Below, in pieces: positions 26,216-38,970 of a DNA stretch of 64,000 nt. The translations under genes and the position numbers were made by a program. Source of the DNA: Lama glama (Eukaryota); the NCBI GenBank assembly GCA_028534125.1, contig CM052818.1:40550001-40614000 (forward strand), read 5' to 3'. The notes beneath the pieces were generated by a model, which saw only the letters and a list, made by a program, of their open reading frames with translations, did no database searches and was not told the origin of the DNA. Within the stretch, counting starts at the first letter, position 1. The number at the start of each line of letters is the position of its first letter.

Positions 26216-27859
26216 TCCTGATGCAAACTGTTCTAACAGTACCACTCCGGAAGCAAGGGCGAAACGCTGGCAAGTTTGGAAGAAATACTGAAGCCTCTTA
26301 CATTTATTCCATCCCCAAATTTTCAGCCAGGCTATTTTGAAATGACTTTACATTCAGGTATTTGTAGACTGTATTCTAAGACCTTCTCAATTTCTTAGAT
26401 CTAATAGACCTTTTGTCCTAATGTTTCCAGTTTCTGAGTGATAAAGTCAGGCTGCCTTAGGCAAGCCCAGAAGGGTTAGCTTTCAGAGCTGTACTTGAGA
26501 GATTTATGGAGAACAAAAGATGTGTTCTGTAGTTTTTCACTCTCATAATTCCAGAGTGAAGCTATTTTATATTTCTGCTTTGCTGCCCATGAGATTAAAT
26601 GAATCTGAAATTGGAGGTTTAGTACATAATAACACTGCCTGGTTTTCCAGCCATGATCAAGATCTTTTTTGCTCTGACTGTGGGGAATTAGTGCCACTCT
26701 GATTGTACCAGGCGTGGCAGTGCCTCAACTTCTATTAGTTTATGTTCATTGTGCTCAGCTCTTTTCCAGCTAGTTGATGTGATGGAGGTTTCATTTAGGT
26801 CCTCAGAGCCTGTTGATTCTTACCCAGGTTGACCCCAAGTCCTGAGCCCCTCTCCCAGGCATGTGCCCTACATGTTGACCATAGGAACCCTCCACACTTG
26901 GGTGGAGGTGTTTGAACTCTGGTCCCCTGAACAGTTGGTGGAAACCCTAGATCCCAAGTGATGTCCTGCTTCTCCGTCTTCCCCTTCAGGAAGGTATAGA
27001 GGTGCCCCTTTCACAGAATGCAGGTAATCGTCCTCAGCAACCCTTAGGACCCTAAATTCACACGCAAATTAAGTTCCAATTTTACAGTGCTGTCCCAGAT
27101 TGTGTGAATATTGTGTTTTTGAAGAGGAAGAGATTTTGGAAAATGCTTAGTTCACCTTATTCCCAATTTAAATGTCAAAAAAAAAAAAAAGAAAGCTCAG
27201 AAACATAGTAGCTCTTGATTAAGGTCAAGCTGCATGTTAGAAACGTGAAGACTAGTATTCTGTTTTCTAGATCTTTCACCAACAGAATCATTGAAAAATG
27301 GTTAGAAAGAACAGTGTCATCACTTCCCCCCTAGAGGATGGGTTATTTTATACTATATATTTGAAATGTATATATTTATACTATGCACATTTGTACTATT
27401 TACTGTGTATTTTTACCCACAACCAAAGCCTCCTGGGGTTTCTGTTCTGCTTTTTAGTACCATTTACCTCTTCCAGTTAGGCAATTTGTTCTAGCTGCTT
27501 TTTATGCTGATGAAAAAGCTGACAAAGCAACTCCACAAAATAAATCACCTTCTCTCCTCAATGACAATGTTGCCTGCTCAGAAACCTCTTAATGGATGGC
27601 CTGGGTTCCTTCTGAAATGTTCTGTCCAAGTGAAGTTCTCATACTTCTGTTCGCACACCCTGTGGATTCACTGCTGGATCAGCTTTTATGATTTTGGCTG
27701 CTTGTACTGAAGGATCTATGCAAGGTGTCACCCCTTGAGGAGGTGAAAGGATTTGGGCAGGGTAAGGGTTGCTTTATACATGGAAAAAAGGATGGAAGGA
27801 ATAATAATATTTTTCATCCAGTAGGCGAGTCCTGATTCCAGGCTTGGCCTAAAACTATA

Positions 27860-28015
27860 TAGTGAGATGAATCATTCCACTAGGGTCATTTAAAAAAAAA
27901 AATCAATGCCTGATCCAAAACCAATTAGGTAAGAATATCTAGAGGTGGGGCCTAGCAATCAGCATATTTACCCACATGATTGTAGTGAGAAGCCAGCCCC
28001 AAGAACTATTGCTCA
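27860..28015. mobile_element. MER5-type MITE
   Basis: aaaatcaatgcctg...ccaattagg...gaatatctagaggtggggcctagcaatcagcatattt...gccagccccaagaactattgc. Confidence 0.7.
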
Positions 28016-28319
28016 GAGTCAGGTTGGGGCTCAGAGGACCACAACATCCCATATGAATGCCAAGGCTCATATATCCCCATCAGGACTAGGGGAACAGAGG
28101 CTGCATCATTGCCACCAGAACCGAGAAAAGGACACCCTTTTTAGGAAGGACCTCTTTATATCCTCAGCCTCCTCACACACTGAATAGGGCTGACCTGTTA
28201 AAGCAACACTGTTACGCAGATACTAAGTGTATGGAATGATTGTAATTCTCTGTCACTAAAATCCACTACTGCAATGGCCATTATTACTACTACACTGACA
28301 TCATTTCTAACTAGTACAA

Positions 28320-28640
28320 GTAACTTAGTAAGAAAAATTTCCTAAAAGTGGACTTTCTGATCAAAGGGGATGGAAAATTTTAATTCTAATATATACTGCC
28401 ATATTACTCGCTGGAAAAATATAATCACTTACATTCATGCTGTCAGTTATCCCATATTCTGATTAAAACTCTGATTATTGAGCTTTGTGTCTTTACTAAT
28501 ATAAAATGTATGTTATGGCCTTTACTCATTTTCTATTTGAGTATTTATTTTTTCTTAATTGATCTATACATAGATTGTACACATTATGGACATTACCCTT
28601 TCATCCAATCTATATTTTGTTTAAAAACTTCCCTGTTTGA
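28320..28640 (-). mobile_element. Old L1 (L1ME-like) fragment, apparently resuming at about 29190-29400
   Basis: aaatttcctaaaagtgga...tcaaaggg...tttaattctaatatatactgcca; later tacttgattcatcaggaatttacttttatacatgaaatgagtagggaatctaa. Confidence 0.6.
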
Positions 28641-28645
28641 AACCA

Positions 28646-29111
28646 CAGTTGGCCCTTGAACAACTCGAAGGTTAGGGGTGTCAACACCCCTATGCAATAC
28701 AGATTTCAAACCGGAACTGTCAGGCTCCAAAATCGAGGCTCTTTCTCGTTAACCCTACCTCCCCACGATGAGCTCGCTGAGCTCCCCTCCCCAACCTCCT
28801 TGAAGGCAGGAAGCCCAGGACATGAATAGGGGCACTCCCAGTCAACAATCCAGGTACAACTATCTCTGCTTCAAAAACAAAGGAATTGATAAATGATCCA
28901 TCAAAGTGTAAGAAGCTGAAACAGTTTGTATAGAATCAGGACAAACTCTCGTTCTCTTGATTCATGTATTGTGATCTCTAATCGAATGCAAACTTTTCTC
29001 CACACTTAAAGATCTGTAAAATGAAAATACAGGTACTGTATTTACTGAAAAAAAAAATCTGCATATAAGCGAACTCACACAGTTCAAATCTGGGTTGTAT
29101 ACGGTCTGCTG
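28646..29111. mobile_element. Tigger2-derived non-autonomous TcMar element
   Basis: left end cagttggcccttgaacaactcgaaggttagggg and right end aaaatctgcatataagcgaactcacacagttcaaatctgggttgtatacggtctgctg match the two Tigger2/MER28 termini. Confidence 0.8.
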
Positions 29112-29542
29112 CAGTCTTGCACTGTATTACGGTATCCTCGCTCATAAGCAGGGTGCTTTTATTGTTTGTTTTCAGTTTCCGTGTGGTATAACTGAATGGA
29201 TTTTTATTTTATAATTTTTGATTTTGTCATGTTTCTGAAGGTGCTCTCAATGTCCAATATCATACTCATATTCATATCTTCTTCCAGTTCTTTCACATTT
29301 TCATTTTTGGTATTTCACTACTTGATTCATCAGGAATTTACTTTTATACATGAAATGAGTAGGGAATCTAATGCTTTTTTCCCCAAAAAATAGTTAACCA
29401 AGAAGACATTAAATTGTTTAGCACCACAAACAAAAAATATGCACAACCACCACCACACCTGCATCATAAAACAACTTACTGCATAGGACTCACTGACATA
29501 CCATCTTTAAGATGACTTAAGATGGCAACACTGTGAGGTTGT

Positions 29543-29860
29543 AATAATAGCTGGTATTACCGAGTGCTTCCTCTGCCTCAGACCTTGTTCCATCGGCTCT
29601 ACCTCACATGGAGAATCTCTTCAGTCTTACAAATTCCTTTAAGAAAGCACCATTATTCTTATTTTACAGACGAAGCAAATGAGGAAAATTTGTATAGAAT
29701 CACAGGGCTAGTGATATTTTCACTATCTATTGAACACATAAAAGACTGAAGTTTAGAGCAATTGTGACCAGCTCGAGGGCACACAGCTGGTCAGAGATGG
29801 AGTCAAGAGTCAGCCAGTCACACACAGATTTTAGCTTCTAAATCATCATTTGTTCCATCA
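29543..29860 (-). mobile_element. MIR SINE(s)
   Basis: taataatagct...attattcttattttacagacgaagcaaatgagg; gagggcacacagctggtcagagatggag. Confidence 0.7.
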
Positions 29861-29963
29861 CCCGATGCTTATTGTTTGCAAAAAAGTAAGGCTTCTAAGA
29901 TGTGGGGAAAGCATATATTTTCAGAAACTATAGAGATGAACACATTTTTGCTGAGACATTGTG

Positions 29964-30019
29964 ATCTATCGATCTATCTATCATCTATCTATCTATCCAT
30001 CTATCCATCATCTACCTAT
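29964..30019. repeat. (TCTA)n/(TCCA)n tetranucleotide repeat
   Basis: atctatcgatctatctatcatctatctatctatccatctatccatcatctacctat. Confidence 0.9.
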
Positions 30020-30839
30020 AAAGATATGCTTGTGCACTTCACATAGGAGAATCTAAGGGAAGAGAAATGATCTACCTTCTGAAGCTGTCTCTATTTAAAA
30101 TTAAACCCCGGAGGAGGTCACACATTGTCATAAGTTAGTCTTTGACACTCTCAGAGTGGCAGTTCACAGAACTGTTTCAGAGCCTCATCACACACAGTCA
30201 CACACACACTTCACAGACACACCATGCAAACATACTCTTGCCATTTGCTGAATGTCCAAGATGAAAGGGGCACCATGCCCACTACACTGGTAACAACAGG
30301 GTCCTTGTGTATTTGAAGAACGGAAAACAATTTGCTTCTTTTTTTTCTTACCAGTGACTAGAGGAGTAAGACTACATTTTGATTGATGGGTTCTCATTAT
30401 ACAAAAAATATAAGCTTGGCACATGCCAGTACCATAACAGTATGGGACTTATGATCATTCCATTAAGAGAATTCCAGCCTTGTATGTCTTTCTCTAGCTG
30501 CCCTCTGACGTCAGATGCTTTATCCAGGTGGGAGACACAGCTGTGACCAAAGTGAGGGCACAAGTGATGGCAGGAGAGAGCAGCTGAAGTCCTTCCTTGG
30601 AGTAACATATACACGATCATCCTGTTTTAATGAGTATACTTTTTATTTTAAAAAATAAACACTCATTCAAATGGTCATGGTCAGGGTTGTGACTTTGGCT
30701 TTGGACAATTCATAAAAGGGAAAAGTGCAGCCCCGCAGGGAAAAGGGACGCGTGTTCTTCGACAGGGAATCCCCACCAAGGTGGGGGCTGCAGGAAGAGA
30801 AAGCTCCAGCTCTGTTTTCTAGTGTCTGATGGTCCCCAA

Positions 30840-31339
30840 NNNNNNNNNNNNNNNNNNNNNNNNNNNNNNNNNNNNNNNNNNNNNNNNNNNNNNNNNNNNN
30901 NNNNNNNNNNNNNNNNNNNNNNNNNNNNNNNNNNNNNNNNNNNNNNNNNNNNNNNNNNNNNNNNNNNNNNNNNNNNNNNNNNNNNNNNNNNNNNNNNNNN
31001 NNNNNNNNNNNNNNNNNNNNNNNNNNNNNNNNNNNNNNNNNNNNNNNNNNNNNNNNNNNNNNNNNNNNNNNNNNNNNNNNNNNNNNNNNNNNNNNNNNNN
31101 NNNNNNNNNNNNNNNNNNNNNNNNNNNNNNNNNNNNNNNNNNNNNNNNNNNNNNNNNNNNNNNNNNNNNNNNNNNNNNNNNNNNNNNNNNNNNNNNNNNN
31201 NNNNNNNNNNNNNNNNNNNNNNNNNNNNNNNNNNNNNNNNNNNNNNNNNNNNNNNNNNNNNNNNNNNNNNNNNNNNNNNNNNNNNNNNNNNNNNNNNNNN
31301 NNNNNNNNNNNNNNNNNNNNNNNNNNNNNNNNNNNNNNN
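30840..31339. other. Assembly gap, exactly 500 N
   Basis: N run counted from the coordinates. Confidence 0.99.
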
Positions 31340-31680
31340 GTAAAGTCCAAAGTGTCATCTGAATATAATCTAAATCAGAAGCGGGTAGGACTTGAGGTAT
31401 AATTCATCCTGAGGCAAAACTGCTCTCTAGCTGTGAACCTGGAAGACCAGACAAACTATGGTTTTCCAAAATACAATGGTGGAGCAGGCATAAAATAAAC
31501 ATTCCCATTTCAAAAGGGAAAAATTGGAAAAGGGAAAGGGGTAATGGATCCCAACCAAGTCCAAGACCTAGCAAGACAAATTCCATTAGATGTTAAGTAA
31601 GGCTTAAGAGAAATCCTCTTTGGTTTGAAGCCCTGCCTCTGGACCAACTGAGGCAACTTGCACCCCTTTTCGCTGCCCAG
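31340..31680 (-). mobile_element. MaLR internal sequence (MLT1-int type), truncated by the gap
   Basis: aaagtccaaagtgtcatctga...ttcatcctgaggcaaa...ccaaaatacaatggtgg...aacattcccatttcaaaaggg...aagtccaa is the reverse MaLR-int pattern. Confidence 0.8.
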
Positions 31681-31687
31681 ATTCCTC

Positions 31688-32061
31688 TGTTGAAGCACTA
31701 ACACCCAATGTGAATATATTTAGACATAGGGTTTATAAGGAGGTAATTAATTTAAATGAGGTTCTCAGAATAAGGTCCTGATCTGATAGGATTATTATTG
31801 TCCTTAAAAGAAAAGACACTAGAGAGCTCTCCTTCCCTTACACCACCCCCCTCCCACCGCACATGCACAAGAAAGGCCAAGTGCGCCCACAGTGAGAAGG
31901 CAGCTGTCTACAACCCAAGGGGAGAGCCCTCACCAGACATCAACCCTGCAGCATTTTGATCTTGAACTTTTCAGTCTCTAGAATTATGAGAAAATAAATT
32001 TCTGTTGTTTAAGCCAACCAATCTGTGGTGTTTTGTTATAGTATCCTGAGTTGACTAGTAC
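31688..32061 (+). mobile_element. MLT1A-type MaLR LTR
   Basis: acccaatgtga...ggaggtaatta...cacagtgagaaggcagctgtctacaa...ccctcaccaga...gagaaaataaatttctgttgtttaagcca...gactagtaca. Confidence 0.9.
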
Positions 32062-33171
32062 AATCAGAAACTGAATTTCAGATTTAATAGGATTAAACCC
32101 ATCTCTTTTCAACCCAGTTCCTACCTGCAGTACACAGTCGTGGGAAGGAGAGGGGCTAATCTCTGTGGTTTCAACTGCATTTGAGCCAGAAGAGGTGGGC
32201 AGAATTTCCCCCACTAGACAGCACAGGAGGTACTCAGTTCCAGGCCCTGTGAGAAAGCTGAAGACCACACAGATCCTTCCTGCTTCTCAGCTGCACCTTT
32301 GCTGCCCTGCTAAAACGACATTCAGAAAGAAGCGGGGAGAATTTCCAGGCCACACAAAATATTGTGTTTGGGGAATTGTAGGCTTCAATCCCTCTGCTTG
32401 CTTCTATCATCAAGACAATCCAGTTGGCCTCTCTTCAGCCGGGCAAATTCTCCGGCAGTCCCTCTTCTCAGCGAGTCTGCACCCAGAGCCCGCATTTCCC
32501 AAGAAGCTACTGCAGCTCACTACTCATCTAGAAAGGCTTTCTCTTTTTAGAAATCAATTCATTTGGGCTTCTTTTTGTCTACTATGCTTCAATCATCTCA
32601 TGGATAAGCACAATTATTGTTTTATCTTGATTTTTGTTAGTATTACTATGAAAATGAAAGTCTTTTCTATCTATTTACATCCAAACTGAAATTAAAAACT
32701 ACTCTCTTAGGTTAAAATTTGAATTAACTCTGATCCATTTCATTCAAGAGAAACCAGTTCTAGGTTGCGTAAACTTTGAGTACCTAGTAATGATTTTGTT
32801 CTCAGTCACAAGAAAACGTATTTATTCCTGTTAGTAAATAGTTTACGATGCTTTTAAAAGTAACGTGATCCTCTAGCATTTTTCTCTATAACTGGTGTCT
32901 GAAAGAAAGCTCATTCAGTTGTTTCCCATACAAAGAACTGAGTCATGTAACCACTGATTTTCTTAACAAATGAGAGAAACACTTAGCTTTCTGACTGCCT
33001 TCCAGAGGATTTATAAATGTCAAGCCAACTTATTGATCTACGTAAACCATAAAACTGAATTTATGAGTTTTATCTCCTTTATTCAACAACATCTGACATA
33101 AGGAAAAATATTGTTGAATAGTCAGCTTCACCAACTTCACTTAATAAAAAAGAAAATCAGTCTGAATTTTT

Positions 33172-33295
33172 ATTTTTATTTATTTTTTTTAATTTTCAAC
33201 AATTTTTATTGAAGTACAGTCAGTTATGATGTGTCAGTTTCTGGTGTACAGCATAATATCTCAGTCATGCGTATATATATACATTTGTTTTCATA
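33172..33295 (-). mobile_element. Very short L1 3' end with TSD
   Basis: T-rich tail plus ttgaagtacagtcagtt...tctggtgtacagcat; 13-bp TSD agtctgaattttt (33159-33171) / agtctcaattttt (33296-33308). Confidence 0.9.
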
Positions 33296-35754
33296 AGTCT
33301 CAATTTTTTAAAAGTTCTTTTTTAAATTTTTTGTAACATTTTTATAAATTTTAAAATTCTAAGATAAATTTTTAAACAAAGACAGTTTTAGATTATCCAT
33401 GAGTATATCCACAGACTCTCAGTGGCAACTGATAATATACTGACAGATAGAAATCTGACTACACTTTCCTTCATTAATAAACATTAAAACGAATTGTAAC
33501 ATACAATTGACACAAATTGTTCTCTTTTGCTCAGATGTGTACCTATTATAATAGCTTATTTCTCAAATCTGTTCTTTATTGATGGTACTAAACAATTCAA
33601 ATCGAGTTTATTGTTATCACTATGTGTACTATATACACACGTGAGCATTGCACACTATTCCTTAAAAGAAAAAAACCCACTTCAATACACTTTAGTGTAT
33701 GAAAATGGTGATTTTGCTAGGATACATTGAGTTTTATCCATAAATTTTAGCTTTGATGTTTGATTATTTGGTCAATATGAACAATCAGTGTTTTCAAGTT
33801 TTTTAACTGGGAGAAGAGATGTTACTATAACTTGAATGCAAAACACCGCTCAAAAGATGTAAAAATTTCCAGTGTTTTTGATTTCAGATTATTAGTTGGA
33901 AGTTCATGTTCCAACCATAATCAAATTGAACTTTTATTGTTTTCTGTTTGTTTGTTTTTTCAGATAATGTCCTAAGATCACCATAGTTCCCTTCTTCCTA
34001 ATAACAGCTTTTGTCTGTTACAAAATAGGCCCCTCTTAGCAGCCAGGGTAAAAGTTGCAAAAGGGATCAGGGTCGGGGAGTTATAAGAATGGGAGGGCAA
34101 GATATGGTATCAACCTGCTCTCACCCCACGTCATGCCTTCTGTTTCTCCTTCTGTGTGTTTTCTCCAGTGATCCTTTGACACTGAGCAATCCTGTACAGT
34201 TACTGCACCCCAGTAGAAATGTCCTTCAACAGATGGCATCAAAGAGGGCACCCAAAAGAAAGATAGGCTTGGAGAACAGACCCATGGTAGGGTGGGGTGG
34301 AAGAGGTCCCTGCCACTCATCCTTTTTTAAGTACTCTGGATCTATCAGCACAAATCCCCCTCTTCCATCCTTATTTCTCACTGTTTCCCTTAATGTCCCT
34401 GGGGCTTGAGACAACATGGACTCTCTAAGTTGAACAAGAGAGATGCCTTAAAATCATCCACCTCTCCCATATGTCTTGACCACAAAATGTTCATTTCATC
34501 ACTTTCAGTAAATGTTCAAGGTTCCCACTCAAACACTGCCTTGTCCAGCAAAAATGACTATCTCCCTCTCAATATTCCTATATCTCTTTTCCTCTTCCAT
34601 TTTATTAATAATTTTCAGCATACATCTGCATCCCAGGGCAGTGACCATGAGGTATTTAGTAAGTATTCATAGAATAAAAGTGTTTCTAAGGAAAAAGACT
34701 TTTTTTAGCACCTGAGAAAAACTAAGCCAATTTGAACTTTCATAAATTAGATACGGTTTACTTAGTCCCACCAAAGATATGGAGTCTGAATAGAAGGGGT
34801 ACAAAATGGTTCCACCCACACCAATCCTGTCTCAGAACAAGAAGAAGGAAGAGAAAGAGAGTGGAATATGAGTAGGAGGAGACAGTGGGGGAGATGGTAA
34901 AAGAAAAAAAGTTAATTGAAGGGAAAGATGTTAGCTGGATGAATTACATCTGATGATCTTTGGGATGTTGAGGTGGGTGTTTGGAAGAAGTAGAAGAATT
35001 TAACACTAAATACGCCTATTCAAGTAACTAGAATGATCATCAAAACGCTTTCCATGTGCTTGGTGATGATTTGCAAATGGCATTATGGTAAGTAGCCTAA
35101 GGGATGGGGTCCTTCATTAACGATTCTCTAATTACATTTATTGATTAAGACCAAGACTGCTCACTTGCTGACGGGAACGAGGCTATTTGGAAATGCTCTG
35201 ATTCACTGCACTTTTGCAGAGCAACACTGTGCCTTGTCAGGAGAGATGGAGACTTCACATTAGGGATTAAGATAACCACAAACCCTCACATTTTCATTAC
35301 AGCTCAGCAGTTACGGTGGAGCTTGGTTTCACTTTTCCCCAGGACATCTCTTGGGACTCAGCTGTTCCATCCCTCTGCCCCTTAGTGTTTAGGACTATCT
35401 CACAGATTTTCAGACCCCAAGCCTTGAATAATTAGCACAAAAATTGTCTGCTCTGCAGCTGAATTTCACAGCACCAAAATATTCCCCAAGAATGCATCCT
35501 TAGTAAGATCTCTGACATTTGAAATCTCTTGAAGGAAAGAAGCCAGTAAAAGGTCAGGCCTGGTGTTCAGCTGCCCTTTTGAGAAAGAAAATCTAGTTTG
35601 CAATATGATTTTACAGAAGTACAAAAGAGGAATGTAAAAACTTTCCCTGAGAGCAGAGTTTAAAAGGGAGAAACTGCCACTGAGTGGGCACACATTACAC
35701 TGCAGGCACCGAGCTTGTCAAGTCATATCTTGGCCATTTCTTCTTCAAGTCTCT

Positions 35755-35905
35755 TATTCTCACACTATTCTTGTAAGGTAAGTATTGACATCCTCATTTG
35801 ACATGTGATAAAATTAAAACTCAGAGATTTGGAGAAATACACTCAAGATAATAAAACTAGCAAATTATAGAGTGGAGATTTAAACGTGCATCTTTCTGAC
35901 AGCAG
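35755..35905 (-). mobile_element. MIR SINE
   Basis: taaggtaagtattgacatcctcatttgacatg...actcagaga...gagatttaaac...tctgac. Confidence 0.7.
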
Positions 35906-36277
35906 CAAATTCCCTGTCCAGTAAACTGCACCCTACTGACAAAAACACTACCTTCATGGAGACAGGTTGGAAGAATGTTCCCTGTAAAGAGGAAGCATTC
36001 TGGGAAGGGGGAGTTGAGGCTCTGAACATAGCCTCCCTAGATTCCCAATACAACCCATGTGGCTCCAAGTCTGGACATTCCTCCTTGCCTCCTCTCCCTC
36101 ATGGCCAGCATGCATGGAATAGGGCTTTGATGTAACTGGTACACAAGTGAACTCTTCCCACCAGCTCCCCTAGCCTTCTGGTCAAAGGCAGGTATGTCTC
36201 CTCTGTGATCGCAAAGAACTTCGCACAATCCTTATTCATGTAACATTACACGGCGTCCTTCCACAAGGCAAGGTCAG

Positions 36278-36515
36278 ATGGTGGTTACATGCCAGAGCCT
36301 TACAGTTACACTAACTTGGTTCAAATTCCAGCTCCAAAACATCCTAGATAAATTATCTTGAGCAATTCTTCACATCCTGGTTTTCTAATCTTTAAAACAG
36401 GAGTAATCACATTGCCCATTCTTAGGACAACTGTCAGGATAAAATGAAATAGCCTCTGTCCAGCACGTAGTGAAATGTCTAGCAGGTAAGAAAAAGTTAA
36501 GAAATGTTAGCTGTC
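36278..36515 (+). mobile_element. MIR SINE
   Basis: ggttcaaattccagctcc...cttgagcaatt...gttttctaatctttaaaacaggagtaa...gtcaggataaaatgaaata...aaatgttagct. Confidence 0.8.
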
Positions 36516-37951
36516 CTTATTGTGTGTCTCACAAAAGACTGTAAGTAACCTGAGGATAGCAACATTGATCTGGCCATCTTTCTATAGGCTTGGTATGTAA
36601 ACAGTAGCTAGTGGTGATTTGTAAAGTGCCTGATTATGTCTCTCTGGTCATGATACTCTTCTTGTGCAGAAGACTTAAGGTCTTTTCCTGAGGGCCTCTT
36701 TACTCTTTGTCACATGGGATTGGCTGATAATGAACTCTGCATACCTGGCTCAATCATTCTTGAAATGAAGGGACTCTAACCCATTAGATAAGACTAAAAT
36801 CAAAATGGGGACAAGAACAGACTCAGAAATAAGACTAGGTCGAAGTCAAATTAAACTGTAAAAAAATAACCATATGTAAACATATCTTTGGTGGATAGGA
36901 ATTCATCTCATGGGTGCCTAGGGACTCAACTTTTCCCTTGTGACTAGGGCATAAAGAAAGCTTTCAAGGAATTTTTACTGAGTTAACAAAAGTTTTAAAT
37001 AGATACCACCACCAATTAGTTAGCTCATAGGACATGGTGTACTTAGTGTGCTTTTGACTTTGACAGTGTTTTCAAACAGCAAATGTGATGCATTGTATCT
37101 AAACATCTTAATCAGCTGAAATGAAATTACTTAAAACTCCCCCCAGGATCTTATTTCCTAATGGCTTTGGAACTAAAATTAGCTTTAATTCAATAGGTTA
37201 TGTGTTCATAAATTTGCCAAAGAGAATACGGAGAGAGGTGGGGGAAGAGAGGAGGAACAGACCAACTTTATGACTTACTGCCACGTGACTTTAGGATAGA
37301 GTTTCCAATGCTAAGATCAACTCTGTTTCCACTAAACCTGATGTCTTCCCCAGGCCAGGATGCTGAAGCTCTTTAAGCTTCATGATTATAGCAGGCTTAT
37401 CATTACAATCATAAATCATAGAAGTATAAGAATGTAAGCCCGTCCCCGTAGAATCCAGTTGGATTAAAGAAACCAATAGATCTGAGGCATGTTTGTACAG
37501 CTGCGTGAGTTACTCATAGCAAAGGACTATCTAGTCTTAAGATCAGCCTGGACCAACTTGGCAGCAGTGCCGAAATGCTCTTGAGGTCGCAAGGGTCCAG
37601 CCGCTTTGTAAGATTAGTGGGTAGTTATCATCGATCAAATCTCTTCATGTTATCATTTGAAAACAGCATATCTGTTTATGCAATCATTTAAACATAGCAC
37701 ATCTGAGCTTATCAGAAAGCTCAGCCTTCCCAAGCCTGAAACAGCCACATTGGAAAGTATTAATAGGGAAGCTGTCATAATACTGACTGACCTCCTGTTC
37801 AAGACAGCTCTGTCATGGCTGGTTCTTTGCTGTTCTGAACAGGAGAGGTTGTATCATAGAACCGGACTTGCCAGTATATTTTGCATAGACATTCAAGATA
37901 TCCTGACATAGGTTTGATGCGCAATGGGATCTTCAGGAATGTGGAGAGCTC

Positions 37952-38496
37952 TGTAACTAAGGAAGGACTTCTTACAAATGCTGGTTCTGGACAGCTGGGA
38001 GGCTCAGATGGGAGCTGGGATTGTGGGAAGAGAGATGGTCACAATGTCCAGTCTTTCTAGTTCAGGTAGGTTGAAAACAGCAGCAGGAAATCGAGTCTTT
38101 GGGCAGATGCTTCAGAGTTGGACTGTGGTTGCCTATGATTCTGGGAAATCTTTCCATTCACAACATGGCTCTGAGTGGTAGCCAAGGGAGACTGACTGGG
38201 AACCAAGTCAGGGAAACAGGACTGACAAGGACTTGGCTGGACATTGTGGCTCCACTGTGGCAGGGATAGTATCTGTTTATAACTATGAAAGGGAAATGAG
38301 GCCGATAACCAGCCTCATGGACAGGGACTTTGGCCACCTACAGACGCATGGTGATACTATTTGGGCATCCATGGACCATTTTTGAAACAATAAGATACGC
38401 TCCCAGAGTCTAATTTGAAGAAAAGAGATTTTCTTGAGGCCGCATGAGAGGTTGTATTTATGACAGGACCTCTGGACCAGCGACTATCACGTTACA
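37952..38496 (+). mobile_element. Probable ancient solo LTR, family not recognised (ERVL- or Gypsy-class by TSD length)
   Basis: TGTAAC...GTTACA 6-bp terminal inverted repeat; 5-bp flanks agctc (37947-37951) / agttc (38497-38501); 545 bp; strand inferred only from an AATAAG about 100 bp from the right end. Confidence 0.6.
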
Positions 38497-38714
38497 AGTT
38501 CTTGTGTCTAGATGGGGAGTTGGCTGGGGTGAAAGATGTTGTTCTTATGCATCCTCCTTCTAGGAAGCCCTGAGACTACCCAGATGCCCAAAGTCCCCAG
38601 AGCCTTACATCTATTGTTTGAGGAATTTTAAATCCTGATGGCTTTCTCCCACTTCATCATTACCTCCAAGGATAATGTAGCTCGTCAGCCTAAAGTAATC
38701 TAATCTCCATGTGC

Positions 38715-38970
38715 TATAATGGAAGAAGCATGGACTTTGTAATCTGGTAGATTTGGATTTAGGTCTTGACTCTGCTACTTACTGGATGAGTTTTGGAGCT
38801 GAGTTTAATTATTTTCCGCAACTTATGCTATATTCAGGTAAAATGTATTGATGGTTAAATGAAAGGAAAATTATTTTCTCATCTGAAAGATGGAAATAAC
38901 AATACTAATTTCCACATTACATGTGACAAATTAAGTAATATACTTAACAGGGATAATCAATAAATATGAA
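38715..38970 (+). mobile_element. MIR SINE
   Basis: gaagcatggactttg...ttgactctgctacttact...ttttctcatctgaaagatggaaataacaatac. Confidence 0.75.

Noticed and set aside
30667..31362. Longest ORFs in the track (173-227 aa)
   Set aside because: Artefacts of translating through the N gap.
32165..32689. 174-aa ORF (also 4773-5207 and 60402-60842)
   Set aside because: No recognisable domain or coding-like composition; several begin at non-ATG codons; lengths are compatible with chance in 64 kb.
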